Below are positions 1 through 10,319 of a stretch of DNA of 64,000 nt, in pieces. The translations under genes and the position numbers were made by a program. The notes below the pieces were generated by a model. The model saw only the letters and a program-made list of their open reading frames with translations, did not search any database and was not told the DNA's origin. Numbering within the stretch: position 1 is the stretch's first letter; each line of letters begins with the position of its first letter. The DNA is from a virus. Its lineage: Duplodnaviria; Heunggongvirae; Uroviricota; Caudoviricetes. The stretch lies in IMG/VR virus record IMGVR_UViG_3300035520_000451, one strand, 5' to 3'.

Positions 1-196
1 ATCTATACTGCGACCAACCTTCAATAAATTTTCTAAATTCTTCAGGAGTATTTGGCTTCTTTCGAGCTTCTTTATAACACTTTACTAAATATGGAATAAC
101 ATCATAAGGAATAAATTTACGAGCATTAAAGTCGTATAAAATAACATTAAAAGTTTTCATAATCAATTTTCTTTAAAGGACAATTATTACACTACA

Positions 197-1030
197 TTAT
201 TCTAACCTTTCAATATATCCTAATTTAACAAAATCTTCGTAGATTGGAGTTATTATTTCTAGCATCTGAGGATGAGGTTTTCCTGTTAAAGCTATTTTAG
301 TTCTCAATTTAAATAAATGTTGCCAATCATCTTCAAATCCTGTCATCCATACTTGAGCTTTTATTCCTTGAGGTATAAAAGTGGCAGCTTCTTGAGGCTT
401 CCAACCTTTATCAATCCATTTAAAATAAATAGCTTCAAGAGTTTCAAAATCTTTATATATTTCAGGAATTTCTTCTTCTATTGCCCAACAAGGTTCTATA
501 TATTTAATAGATTTGTTAAATTTATTAGTACTATAATTGCAGTATCTAGTACTTTCTATAGCAAAACTAAATGCTCTATGTCTAGTTAATTCTTTATATA
601 CCTGTAAAGAAGTATTCATACATACTGTGTATCTTTTACAATGTAATTCACTTGGGCATACTGCATAATCCAATACATCTTCCCACCAATTTTCATATAA
701 TACTCTTAAATTAGTGGTTATATAACAGTTTTTAGAATCCATAAATACTCTAGTATAAGGATTATTTATTAAAGAATTCCAAGTAGGATGTTCAACTATA
801 AAAATAGGTACTTCTAAATATATAGTTCCATGTTCTAACATTGCACCATGATTAGCTTCTGGGTTTTCATTTCTAAGAAGAACTCTACGGCACCACTCTT
901 CAGATGTTTCAGAATTGTCCCTACGCTCAGATTGATAACATGTTCTTGTAGCTGCCTCAATAATATCCCAAGAGTCTTTTACACTCTTGGGAATTTCCAT
1001 AATTTTATAGTCTTGATTAATTAATTTCAT
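197..1030 (-). CDS. thyX: FAD-dependent thymidylate synthase ThyX
   Basis: ThyX signature RHRxxSxxxESxRY present as LTRHRAFSFAIESTRY; length 277 aa typical. Confidence 0.8.
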   Translation of the reverse strand: MKLINQDYKIMEIPKSVKDSWDIIEAATRTCYQSERRDNSETSEEWCRRVLLRNENPEANHGAMLEHGTIYLEVPIFIVEHPTWNSLINNPYTRVFMDSKNCYITTNLRVLYENWWEDVLDYAVCPSELHCKRYTVCMNTSLQVYKELTRHRAFSFAIESTRYCNYSTNKFNKSIKYIEPCWAIEEEIPEIYKDFETLEAIYFKWIDKGWKPQEAATFIPQGIKAQVWMTGFEDDWQHLFKLRTKIALTGKPHPQMLEIITPIYEDFVKLGYIERLE

Positions 1031-1401
1031 ACATTATAGTCTTCTAATACACAACAAACATCATCAACAGTCCAATCTTTACAATCTTGTATTTTTGAGC
1101 GTTTTTCACGTTCAGTTAAATGATTATTTTCTAAATCCTTTGCTAATTCATGAGGTAGTTCTATTTGTTCCTGAACATATTCCTCTAAATTACAATTACT
1201 AAAGTCATAATATGTATGCACAGTATTATCGTCTGGATCCTCCTCTATACTAGTTTCATAATCATTTACCCATACTTTAACAGTTTTACTAATAGTTAAA
1301 GATACTGTAACCTCAAGTTCTATTTCAGGTTGCTCATGCCAATTATAAGGAGCATCTGGGTCATTCCACGCCCCTGCTGGATAATAATCAGATTCTTTCA
1401 T
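1027..1401 (-). CDS. hypothetical acidic protein
   Basis: ORF packed against thyX, 4-nt overlap, same strand. Confidence 0.4.
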   Translation of the reverse strand: MKESDYYPAGAWNDPDAPYNWHEQPEIELEVTVSLTISKTVKVWVNDYETSIEEDPDDNTVHTYYDFSNCNLEEYVQEQIELPHELAKDLENNHLTEREKRSKIQDCKDWTVDDVCCVLEDYNV

Positions 1402-1644
1402 ACTAAATTAAAAAGTTTCAAAATGTCCAAAATTAAACAAAATAACACCATAAATTCTAACCAATCGGCAGTTTTCTTTCTATAGTCGTCTATATTCACA
1501 TACCGAAAATATCGTAATGCAGCATAAACTACTGCCCAAAATATTATCATTACCAACCTTTAATTAAAAATATTATTACTACAATTAGTGGAAGTACCAC
1601 CATTCCAAATAAACATCCTAAAAGAAACAATACAGTATCCATTT

Positions 1645-1884
1645 TTATATAATAGCTCTTACTTCAAAAGAATATCCTTTATCATAAACTTCTGCGGTAT
1701 CAAACAAATACTCTGAATTTACAACTTCAAAATCAATATCTAATTTATACAAAGCCATTTCTAAATCATAAATAGTTTTACAATTTTCTGCAATCTTTTT
1801 AAGATCTTCAACTGAGCATTTTCCTATAATATTAATTTTGGTAGTATTCCAGATAGTTTCTTTTTGATCAACGCATATTTTCAT
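1645..1884 (-). CDS. hypothetical protein
   Basis: ORF in tight minus-strand gene array; small TM peptides also readable at 1408-1640. Confidence 0.4.
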   Translation of the reverse strand: MKICVDQKETIWNTTKINIIGKCSVEDLKKIAENCKTIYDLEMALYKLDIDFEVVNSEYLFDTAEVYDKGYSFEVRAII

Positions 1885-2141
1885 AAGTATTCTTTTAAAG
1901 AGTTCACAATGGTATCAATAATATTACAGTAATCATCATCCGATATATCATAATAATTCTCTATAATTTCAGCTAAATAAAAATCACCATTATTATCGAG
2001 TTCACTTATAATAGATTTTTTACTTATTTCTGTACCATTTTTGTTTAATTCTTTCGTTATTCTATCAACCAATTTAGCTAAATCAATACTTGCGGATGTA
2101 TAAACAAGGATAGAATAGTCAACTATAATTTCAGATTTCAT
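1881..2141 (-). CDS. hypothetical protein
   Basis: ORF, 4-nt overlap with downstream gene (translational coupling). Confidence 0.4.
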   Translation of the reverse strand: MKSEIIVDYSILVYTSASIDLAKLVDRITKELNKNGTEISKKSIISELDNNGDFYLAEIIENYYDISDDDYCNIIDTIVNSLKEYL

Positions 2142-2158
2142 AATAATTCAATTTTAAT

Positions 2159-2551
2159 TTATACCTCAAAATATTGTTCTTTCTGCCAATAACCATTTTT
2201 ATAGACATTACAGGCAAAGTAATCAAATCCAGGTTCTTCTGATAGACATCTAAAGTAAATATCCTTTATTCCATTAGGCATAATTTCTTTAAATACTTTA
2301 TCTGGAAAATCCCAAGGTGATTCAAATTCTGCTTCTATCCATCCATAAGGATTTTCTGTAGCTGAGATAAAGTCAACATCTATATTTTTAAATATTTCAG
2401 ACCATTTATTAAAGTCCTTTTGAGGGCACTCAAAGTACATTTTATTATAACATATATTAGCCATAGATGATAACTTTAAGACTGTCATAATACGCAGTAT
2501 CTTTCTGATACCTTTTTTCAGATATTTTTGCAACAGTAATCGTCCCGTCAT
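2159..2551 (-). CDS. hypothetical protein (start probably internal Met)
   Basis: ORF; the first ~30 codons overlap 2457..2675 in another frame, so the true start is likely at an internal Met. Confidence 0.4.
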   Translation of the reverse strand: MTGRLLLQKYLKKGIRKILRIMTVLKLSSMANICYNKMYFECPQKDFNKWSEIFKNIDVDFISATENPYGWIEAEFESPWDFPDKVFKEIMPNGIKDIYFRCLSEEPGFDYFACNVYKNGYWQKEQYFEV

Positions 2552-2675
2552 TTATATCATATTCGTTTACTAGTATATCCCAAAACTTTTCATCGTTTTT
2601 AATTTGATCTACAATATTATTTCCATAGGCTAGAATATGTAAATCATCATTAACTGTTATTAAAAATCTATTCAT
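2457..2675 (-). CDS. hypothetical protein
   Basis: ORF in operon-like array. Confidence 0.35.
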   Translation of the reverse strand: MNRFLITVNDDLHILAYGNNIVDQIKNDEKFWDILVNEYDINDGTITVAKISEKRYQKDTAYYDSLKVIIYG

Positions 2676-2899
2676 ACTACTTTATATTCTTGATTTTTAA
2701 CTTCCCATCCCTCTAAATCAGTTCCAGATATACTAATACCTCTAGATTGTAAAAATTTCATTAAAGTATTTATTACATTCTTAGGAGTTTGAATATCTTG
2801 TTTATATCTTTCTAAAAATTCTTCATCAGATTCTCCTTCGTTTTGCTCAAAATACAGAGTTCTAGACATAGTTAAATCTATTTGAATTCCTTTATACAT
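2672..2899 (-). CDS. hypothetical protein
   Basis: ORF. Confidence 0.4.
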   Translation of the reverse strand: MYKGIQIDLTMSRTLYFEQNEGESDEEFLERYKQDIQTPKNVINTLMKFLQSRGISISGTDLEGWEVKNQEYKVV

Positions 2900-2901
2900 A
2901 A

Positions 2902-3147
2902 TTAAAATTTAATTTCCATTTTACGTTGTGCTTCTATATCATCTCCGATACTTTGAGGTTTTACATCTTTAAGTAATTCTGGATCTATATTCCAATCTGG
3001 AATTTCTGTAGGTAATGGATAATCAGCATCCTGAATATCTATAATTAAATCAAGTGCTTCTAAAGCAGCCTCTTTGTATTCTTGATAAATAATAGTACTA
3101 ATTAAATCCCTAACCTTAGTGATTACTTCTTTTTTAGTAAATAACAT
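2902..3147 (-). CDS. hypothetical protein
   Basis: ORF. Confidence 0.4.
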   Translation of the reverse strand: MLFTKKEVITKVRDLISTIIYQEYKEAALEALDLIIDIQDADYPLPTEIPDWNIDPELLKDVKPQSIGDDIEAQRKMEIKF

Positions 3148-3149
3148 AA

Positions 3150-3332
3150 TTAAAATGAGTCTATATCAGTTATATCATAATCTTTGTCATCGTCCACAGA
3201 AGCTGTAGTGATAGCTCCTACTCCAGGTAGTAATTTGTCTGCCACAGTAATACCTTTATCAGGAAATTGTTTATGAAGCTTAATAATTGCATCCAATTGT
3301 GCTACCGTTAAATAAATTTTACTTTCCATCAA
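3150..3332 (-). CDS. hypothetical protein
   Basis: ORF. Confidence 0.35.
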   Translation of the reverse strand: MMESKIYLTVAQLDAIIKLHKQFPDKGITVADKLLPGVGAITTASVDDDKDYDITDIDSF

Positions 3333-3723
3333 TTAGTTCTGCTAATTTTTTACACATATAATTAAGCATAGATTCATCAGTAAGTTTATGGGTAGCACTG
3401 TCATTATCCACCACTTCTTGCAGCAAGTCTTCTATACCTTTAATTATTTCCTTTAACTTCGGTTCATCTACAAAAGATTCTTTGTAGTTAACCTTTTGGC
3501 TGAAATCATCAAGTATTCTTTTTATATCCGATATACCATCAATAGACCAGTGACCTCCTTCTGGCAAACTTATTCTTATAAAAGGAGATACTCCATTATT
3601 TTCAGTTTCTAATTGAATGGTTTGCCAATTATCATCATCTTCACAGCAATCTCCAGGTTGGGTATATTGAGCTATTACCTTTTCAACCTCTAAACCTTCA
3701 TATTTATTCTGAAAATCAATCAT
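3319..3723 (-). CDS. hypothetical acidic protein
   Basis: ORF. Confidence 0.4.
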   Translation of the reverse strand: MIDFQNKYEGLEVEKVIAQYTQPGDCCEDDDNWQTIQLETENNGVSPFIRISLPEGGHWSIDGISDIKRILDDFSQKVNYKESFVDEPKLKEIIKGIEDLLQEVVDNDSATHKLTDESMLNYMCKKLAELIDGK

Positions 3724-3958
3724 AATTTAAATTATTTTATGTTCTTGTAACCATGTAACTCTTGCAAAGTAAGCCTTATTACCATACTCGCTTTGTAATA
3801 TTGAACTATCCACAAAGAAACAATTCTCTAAGAAACCTTCTTTAGTCATTAATATTCCTTTTGGGTCATTAACAGGAACAAATAAATCACAATTATTTAA
3901 GTTCATTTTTATGTTTTGTTAAATTGTTGTAGTAGGTAAATAATATTCATTTAAAACC

Positions 3959-4612
3959 TTAAGATTTGCGCCAAGCCTCTAAGAAATCAAATTTAGATAT
4001 TCTTTCCATATGTCCCAGATAATCCCGTGCACTACACACATAATCTGGGGTGATTAATTCAAATTCTGGAGTAATAATTCTACATATTCGTTCATATTCT
4101 TTACCAGCATAATCAAACTTTTGAATATAAAGTCTATACTTTTCAACCTTTGGTAAATAGGGTAAAGTTATTGGAAAGTTTTTATTTAACCAATCCCTAA
4201 ATACTGAATTTATAGGTTCTTCTATTTCAGGATATGATATATTTACACAAATAGCTCTTTTAAAATCTTCGTATTCTATAGTACCATCCTCATACTCATA
4301 TTTAGTTACGGGATAATCTCTAATGCAGGGAGTTTCAAACTTTATACCATCTCTAGGAGATATAAATTTATCATCCTCACAAAAATCCGATTCTGTAATA
4401 GGGCTTAATGGTAAATGCAGTAATAGCCGCCGCAATATATTAACCATTCTAACTTTTGTAAAACTAGAAGGGCCGATTATAAAGCTATCGGTTATTTCTT
4501 CATATGCGTTTAAAACCATTTTATAAATATCTTCTGCATGTGCATCAGTTGATTTATTATATGTAATAGCTTTAATTACCTCTAATTCTGCCCATTGCTT
4601 ATTAGTAGCCAT
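3959..4612 (-). CDS. hypothetical protein
   Basis: 217-aa ORF. Confidence 0.45.
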   Translation of the reverse strand: MATNKQWAELEVIKAITYNKSTDAHAEDIYKMVLNAYEEITDSFIIGPSSFTKVRMVNILRRLLLHLPLSPITESDFCEDDKFISPRDGIKFETPCIRDYPVTKYEYEDGTIEYEDFKRAICVNISYPEIEEPINSVFRDWLNKNFPITLPYLPKVEKYRLYIQKFDYAGKEYERICRIITPEFELITPDYVCSARDYLGHMERISKFDFLEAWRKS

Positions 4613-5153
4613 TTTCAGTCTCTATATTTTTTACATTATTAAATATAATATCTTCTCTAGTCCAATATTTAGGAATTTTTTGAAGTCTTTCTACATTATA
4701 CCATAAATAGAGCATCTGACCCTCTCCAATTTCATTCCAAGCGGTTTCAACTTGCACCGAGTTAGATTCAGAATCTACTTTAGTAACTTTACCTATGTAA
4801 TCAAACGTATCACTACTATGTATAGGTTTTACAACTACTGTATCGCCAATTTTAATTTTAGTGCGATCTAGAATTTCATTTTCTAAGTATAATTCAAAAT
4901 CCTTATACCATTCCTGTAGGATAGCCTCATAAGGAGAATCCTTATATCCAAGTCTTTCTATAAAAGATAAAACACTGAATTTAAATCCAGAACGCTCTTC
5001 AAGGTAGAATACAGTAGGATGACTAATAAGTATGGATAAAATATTTCTACTAAAAAATAAACCATTCTTTATATAGGAGAAAAGTGAATTTCCCCAGCGT
5101 TTAAAATCTATTTCATAAGTATGATTATCAATTGTATATTTCATGTTAAGCAC
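4602..5153 (-). CDS. hypothetical protein
   Basis: 183-aa ORF; a ~50-aa TM peptide ORF is readable just upstream (about 5148-5297). Confidence 0.45.
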   Translation of the reverse strand: MLNMKYTIDNHTYEIDFKRWGNSLFSYIKNGLFFSRNILSILISHPTVFYLEERSGFKFSVLSFIERLGYKDSPYEAILQEWYKDFELYLENEILDRTKIKIGDTVVVKPIHSSDTFDYIGKVTKVDSESNSVQVETAWNEIGEGQMLYLWYNVERLQKIPKYWTREDIIFNNVKNIETENGY

Positions 5154-5388
5154 ATTAAAATTATTAAAATATATAAAACTAATATTGTAATGAAAGTTCC
5201 TATAGACTGAAGATATTCTCCTTTATATATACTATAAAGAAGATCTCCCGTTATAAGTAAAGCTACGATTATATACCCGGATAACAATCCTACCATATAT
5301 TACTGAAAATTATTATCAACCAAAATATTATACTACTTATAAATATAATAATAAAAAAGATAATTAAAAGATTTGCTAACATAAATTT

Positions 5389-6333
5389 TTAATGAATCCA
5401 GTGATCACTTATAGTTTTATCAGCTCCTAAAAATACATTCGGACAAAAAGGTTTTCCTCCTGCAATCATACATTTGACTAATATATCTCCAATATATTCT
5501 GCCATATCTTCTGGGCACTCTAGATTAAATTCATCATGTGCTACTACACATATTTTGACTACATTAAGTAAATTATTATCTTTTATCCAATTAAATAGTT
5601 TAATTGCAGATAATTTGAAAGCGCAGGCCCCACGATTTTGTATTCTGTAGTTTATGGATTGCTTTTCACAGTCTGATTTCCGACTAAGATAATGACTAAC
5701 ATTTCTAACAGTGTCACAATGTGGAGATTCTATTTTCATTTCTTGATAATATTGCCAATATTCAGGATCTTTACATTTCTCATGCATTTGTATAATCCAA
5801 TCTGCATCATAAATATGGGCTCTATGCTTTAGTATAGAGTTCATTAAGATATATCCTTTTTCCATTACATTTTGCCTACAATACTCTTGATATTGAGCTA
5901 CTCCTGGAAAACCCCTCATAAAATCAGAATATATCTTTTCTGCAGCTCGCAACGGAATACCTTTATTATTAGCTATAGTTTTAGCATCCCCGCCATAATT
6001 AACTGAAAACTCAATTCCTTTTGCATCCTGTCTTTGATCGTGATATAGTTCATTTATATCTTCTATTTTAGTGTCTCTGGGAATTATATTAGGATAAGAC
6101 ATATAGGCAACCAAACTATGAACATCTCCACATCCAGATTCAAATAATTCTACCATAGCTTTATCTTTAGAAACAGATGCAATAATTCTACTTTCTTGAC
6201 TTTGGTAATCACAAGAAATCCATTTATTACCTTTTTCTGAAGTAAAACATGCTCTAGTTATTTTATCATGTGGTAAATTCTGTTGGTTTAATTTATACTG
6301 ACCACCACCACTAGATACTCGCAACATTTCCAT
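5389..6333 (-). CDS. family-A DNA polymerase, C-terminal part (polymerase motifs A, B, C)
   Basis: Motif A DYQSQESRIIA (DYSQIELR-like), motif B RQDAKGIEFSVNYGG (RxxxKxxxFGxxYG), motif C VVAHDEF (HDE); start MEMLRVSS aligns to Pol I RLSSTDPNLQNIP. Confidence 0.8.
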   Translation of the reverse strand: MEMLRVSSGGGQYKLNQQNLPHDKITRACFTSEKGNKWISCDYQSQESRIIASVSKDKAMVELFESGCGDVHSLVAYMSYPNIIPRDTKIEDINELYHDQRQDAKGIEFSVNYGGDAKTIANNKGIPLRAAEKIYSDFMRGFPGVAQYQEYCRQNVMEKGYILMNSILKHRAHIYDADWIIQMHEKCKDPEYWQYYQEMKIESPHCDTVRNVSHYLSRKSDCEKQSINYRIQNRGACAFKLSAIKLFNWIKDNNLLNVVKICVVAHDEFNLECPEDMAEYIGDILVKCMIAGGKPFCPNVFLGADKTISDHWIH

Positions 6334-6368
6334 GCCGGACTATACCTCAACCTTATAACAATTACTTA

Positions 6369-7187
6369 TTACTTAGGTTCTCCGTTTCTAGTCTCTGCAC
6401 CTTCCTCAATATTAAGGCTTGGCTCAGTCTTCTGGTTTTCCCTCCCATTAACTGAATTTACGGAGTTACACTTAGCAAATTTCTCTACTAAGGGGCCGAA
6501 TTTTTCTTTCTTTCTAGACAGAAAGAAAGAGGAGTCTTTATATAAATTACAATATATTTTATATATATGTTCACCTTTAGTTACATATATATTATACCAA
6601 TGTCCACTATCTGTATTATATTCTTGTATATTTGGAGAGATATTCTCTTTTTCTAAAAACTTCTTAACTTGATTAATAAAATTAATACTTCCAGAAGTAA
6701 TAGTAAATTTAAAACAGCACTCATATCTTTTATCTTTAGTAATACTACCATCTCCATCAAAAATTCCTAATAATATATTCCAATTTATATATGGAAGCAT
6801 TAGTATGTTAGATTTTCTTGGCACTATACCATATTCAGATAAAAAGTTAACTATTTCTTTATTTTTATACTTAATATTATAATAGACATTGCCATTAACT
6901 TTAGATTTTCTTGAATTAATATTACATCGAAAACCTAAAAATTTATTATAATTTTCTATTAATTCTAAATCTTTAACTTCTAAAGCTGTACAAGTATCAA
7001 CAATACAACCATCCGAGGCTAGTATTCCAATAAAATAGTCAAATTCTGGACTGCCTATTTTATCTGTCCATGCTTGTAACGGAACAATAGCTTTCGATTT
7101 ATAAGTTCGATTAAGGGCAGTTTTTCTTAAAACAATCCCCTTATCTTTTAATTTATTTCTAATTTGATACTTAGAACAATTAAACAT
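6369..7187 (-). CDS. LAGLIDADG homing endonuclease (two-motif)
   Basis: Two LAGLIDADG-like motifs: FIGILASDGCI and LGIFDGDGSI; inserted between the two DNA polymerase parts. Confidence 0.8.
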   Translation of the reverse strand: MFNCSKYQIRNKLKDKGIVLRKTALNRTYKSKAIVPLQAWTDKIGSPEFDYFIGILASDGCIVDTCTALEVKDLELIENYNKFLGFRCNINSRKSKVNGNVYYNIKYKNKEIVNFLSEYGIVPRKSNILMLPYINWNILLGIFDGDGSITKDKRYECCFKFTITSGSINFINQVKKFLEKENISPNIQEYNTDSGHWYNIYVTKGEHIYKIYCNLYKDSSFFLSRKKEKFGPLVEKFAKCNSVNSVNGRENQKTEPSLNIEEGAETRNGEPK

Positions 7188-7377
7188 AACTGCTAATTCT
7201 CCAGTATCTTTACCTGAGTTATACTCAGATACTAAATTTTCTATTTCCTACTCAGTCCATTTTTTAATCATAATACATATATTTAATTTAAATTTATTAT
7301 ATGCAAATATAATAATTATTTAGGACAGATTAAAATAGTTAATACCTTAGAAATAAAATTAATAGAAAAATTGTAAT

Positions 7378-8682
7378 TTATGGAAATTTTTCACCTGTAT
7401 CTGTTCCAATAGAATGTAGATCAACATGAATTCTTCCAGTTACTGGATTAATAGCGTCTAACCAGTTTTGACCATAAGTAGATACAACTTTTGAGGCGGC
7501 TTGATACTTTAAAAATATAGCAAGAATAGGAAATTTATCAACTTGAGAACTAATTAACGTAGCATTAATGGACTTCTTTTCTTTTTTAGTCTTTTTATCA
7601 AAAGTTGTAACTTGTATCCCAAGAAGTTCAAATAATTTTATAACTTGAGTAGAACTACTCCAATTTATAGTGCATTGTGGCCCTATGTCATTACATTCTT
7701 CAAATAAGGATAATTGTAAATTTATAGATACAAATTTTCCTTTTATTTTATATCTGTAACACTCCATAGAATCATCTTTTTCGGGAAATCGAATAAATCC
7801 TAATGCTACTAATTTTTCTTTTTCTTTTTTATTTTTAGCATATCTATATAAATATTCTTTAGCATCTAAATCTATAACAAATTTATTTAATTGTGACTCA
7901 GCTTCTCTTAAAGAAGCTTGATCATTTTTCATTTTTTCTTTCCATTTAGAAATATCCAAATGAACTCCACAGAATTTTACATATGCTAAAAATTTAATAA
8001 ATTCACATTCAAATTCTGCAGCCTTTAAAAGATCTTGAGTAGATAATTCTTCTAGTTGCTTTTCTTTTATAGGCTCTAGCCACATTACATCCCCAGCAGC
8101 ATATACTACAACATCTTCTGTTAAACCTTCATTTATAATTTTTCCTCGAACAGTTTTGTCAATATCTACTCCAAGTCTTCTTTTTGCAGTAGCTCGTAAA
8201 GAATAAGATAATTCCCAATGTTCTTTAGTTTTTTCGTCGGGAGCAATATATTCATAACAAGAAGGTTTAATTCCATATGTCTGTACTATTTCGGTAGCTA
8301 ATACTCTAGGATACCCTAAATATATTAATTGTTCTACTACCATAGTATCATAAACATGATTGGGCCAAATATTTTGTTTATATAAAAAGGTTAAATCAAA
8401 CATTATATTATGCCCCAAGAACACTCTATCAGACTCTAGATATTCTTTTAAAATAGACTTTTCAGAAGGACTTATAGTTCTCCAATCAAATACAACTTGA
8501 TTTTCAGTACACCCTAATTGCAAAGTAAGTAATTCCTTCGTAAAACAATCTAATCCTTTAGTTTCTGTATCTAATTGTACCTCTTTTAAAGGATATAAAA
8601 TATCCATAGCCTCCTTAAAGTCTACTTCTCTATATCTTTCTGGAGAATATAGTTTTTTATCTTTACTTACTAAATAAATCAT
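7378..8682 (-). CDS. family-A DNA polymerase, N-terminal part (3'-5' exonuclease domain and thumb)
   Basis: Exo I motif LDTETKGLD; C-terminus NPVTGRIHVDLHSIGTDTG aligns to Pol I NPKTGRLHTSYHQAVTATG immediately before the motif-A region. Confidence 0.8.
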   Translation of the reverse strand: MIYLVSKDKKLYSPERYREVDFKEAMDILYPLKEVQLDTETKGLDCFTKELLTLQLGCTENQVVFDWRTISPSEKSILKEYLESDRVFLGHNIMFDLTFLYKQNIWPNHVYDTMVVEQLIYLGYPRVLATEIVQTYGIKPSCYEYIAPDEKTKEHWELSYSLRATAKRRLGVDIDKTVRGKIINEGLTEDVVVYAAGDVMWLEPIKEKQLEELSTQDLLKAAEFECEFIKFLAYVKFCGVHLDISKWKEKMKNDQASLREAESQLNKFVIDLDAKEYLYRYAKNKKEKEKLVALGFIRFPEKDDSMECYRYKIKGKFVSINLQLSLFEECNDIGPQCTINWSSSTQVIKLFELLGIQVTTFDKKTKKEKKSINATLISSQVDKFPILAIFLKYQAASKVVSTYGQNWLDAINPVTGRIHVDLHSIGTDTGEKFP

Positions 8683-8758
8683 TTTAATTGAAATACTTCT
8701 AAAGGTGCAGTTTCGATTTCTCTTCCTCGGGATTCTCGGAATGCTAATATAGTTTTAA

Positions 8759-9616
8759 TCATAATAATTCTTTTAATAAATCACTATATCTATCTCTAAT
8801 TTTTTTAATAGCTTCATGTTGAATTTGACGAACTCTTTCACATCCTATACCAAATCTACTAGCTATTTCTTCATGTTGCATAGCTTGCATACCTAAACCA
8901 TAAGACATTCTAAGAACATCTCGCTCTCTATAAGATAATTTAGATAAAACTACTTCCAATTCTTTAGATATTCCGTCTTTTATTAAAGAGGAATCTGTAG
9001 ATTCTGCATTTTCATTAGGAATAATATCTACTAGACTTCCTGCGTCTTCATCCATACTAAAAGGAGTATCTAATGATACAGACCTATTAAAAGATGCTGT
9101 TGCCAAATTAATATCATAAACAGGAATATCTAGCAAGTCCTCTAATTCTTCTGGAGAGGGTTTTCTAATATGCTCTTGTTCAAATTTAGCAGTTACTTTA
9201 TTTATTTTATTAACATTAGCAATTTGATTCATCGGAACACGTATTGTTCTACATTGATCCGATATAGCGTGCATAATAGATTGTCTTATCCACCAAACCG
9301 CATAAGAAATAAATCTAAATCCTCTAGTTTCATCATAACTTTGGGCTGCTTTTATTAAACCAATATTAGCCTCTTGTATTAAATCTACTAAAGGTAGTCC
9401 TTTATTTTGATATTGTTTGGCAACTGAAATTGCAAATCTTAAATTGGCATTTACTAATTCCTGTAAAGCCTCCTTATCTCCTTGCTTTATACGTTTGGCA
9501 AGACTTACTTCTTTATCTGCATTTATCATAGACTGCTTAGATACATCCTTGAAATATAATCCCAAGGATGCATCTTGTCTATCAGTTATTAATTGTGAAA
9601 TTTTAAAGCTCTTCAT
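8759..9616 (-). CDS. sigma-70 family RNA polymerase sigma factor
   Basis: Region 2 (LRFAISVAKQY, IQEANIGLIKAAQSYD, FISYAVWWIRQSI) and region 4 HTH (ERDVLRMSYGL...EIASRFGIGCERVRQIQHEAIKKI) recognisable. Confidence 0.8.
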   Translation of the reverse strand: MKSFKISQLITDRQDASLGLYFKDVSKQSMINADKEVSLAKRIKQGDKEALQELVNANLRFAISVAKQYQNKGLPLVDLIQEANIGLIKAAQSYDETRGFRFISYAVWWIRQSIMHAISDQCRTIRVPMNQIANVNKINKVTAKFEQEHIRKPSPEELEDLLDIPVYDINLATASFNRSVSLDTPFSMDEDAGSLVDIIPNENAESTDSSLIKDGISKELEVVLSKLSYRERDVLRMSYGLGMQAMQHEEIASRFGIGCERVRQIQHEAIKKIRDRYSDLLKELL

Positions 9617-9800
9617 TTTACCAGAAATTTAAATAAGTGAGTCTGGGTTTAATACGAAAGAACATTTTTCAATGAATATTGTGCCATAATAAAATCTAAA
9701 TTATTCATTATTGATTTTATCGAATTTACTTGTTTTCTTTTTAAATGTTTCTTAACTTGTCGATGCTTTTGTAATGTTACAAAATTCTTTTTCTTCATGT

Positions 9801-10319
9801 TTATCCAATATTAACTCTTATAAAAGTTAAGTTATCCAGATCGTAAGCACTTAAATGATCAAACCAAGTCATATAATCGCAATCCTCTAATTCTTGAGGA
9901 GTTAATTTGGTAACAATAATATCAACTCCGTAATCGTCATCTTCTAAATCTTCATACATTTCATATTCTTCATGAGAGTCTTCTAAAAATTCGTCTGGGT
10001 AAAGATTTAATTTATCAGTAAGTTCTTCTTCGGTCATTTCCGAATCCGAAAATCCGGCATAATGCAGACTAAATCGATCATCTCCATTCAATTTAGTAGT
10101 AATAAGAAATTTATTATCTTTCTCCAGATCCCATTCATAAGAAGATATGGCATCAATTTTAAAAGATTTTACTTTATATTCTAAATGTTTTTTATTATTA
10201 GGAATACACATAATATCTCCATCTGCTGTACGATAATATATTCTTTTAATATTATTTAAAGTCAGAGATACTCTATGACCCCATAAAAGATGGGTATAAG
10301 CTTGTGCAAAATCAAACAT
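9801..10319 (-). CDS. hypothetical protein
   Basis: 172-aa ORF with acidic C-terminal half. Confidence 0.4.
   Translation of the reverse strand: MFDFAQAYTHLLWGHRVSLTLNNIKRIYYRTADGDIMCIPNNKKHLEYKVKSFKIDAISSYEWDLEKDNKFLITTKLNGDDRFSLHYAGFSDSEMTEEELTDKLNLYPDEFLEDSHEEYEMYEDLEDDDYGVDIIVTKLTPQELEDCDYMTWFDHLSAYDLDNLTFIRVNIG

Noticed and set aside
6334-7377. Intein interrupting the DNA polymerase
   Set aside because: The endonuclease is a separate ORF bounded by stop codons, is out of frame with both polymerase parts, and lacks intein N-terminal Cys/Ser and C-terminal HN junction residues.
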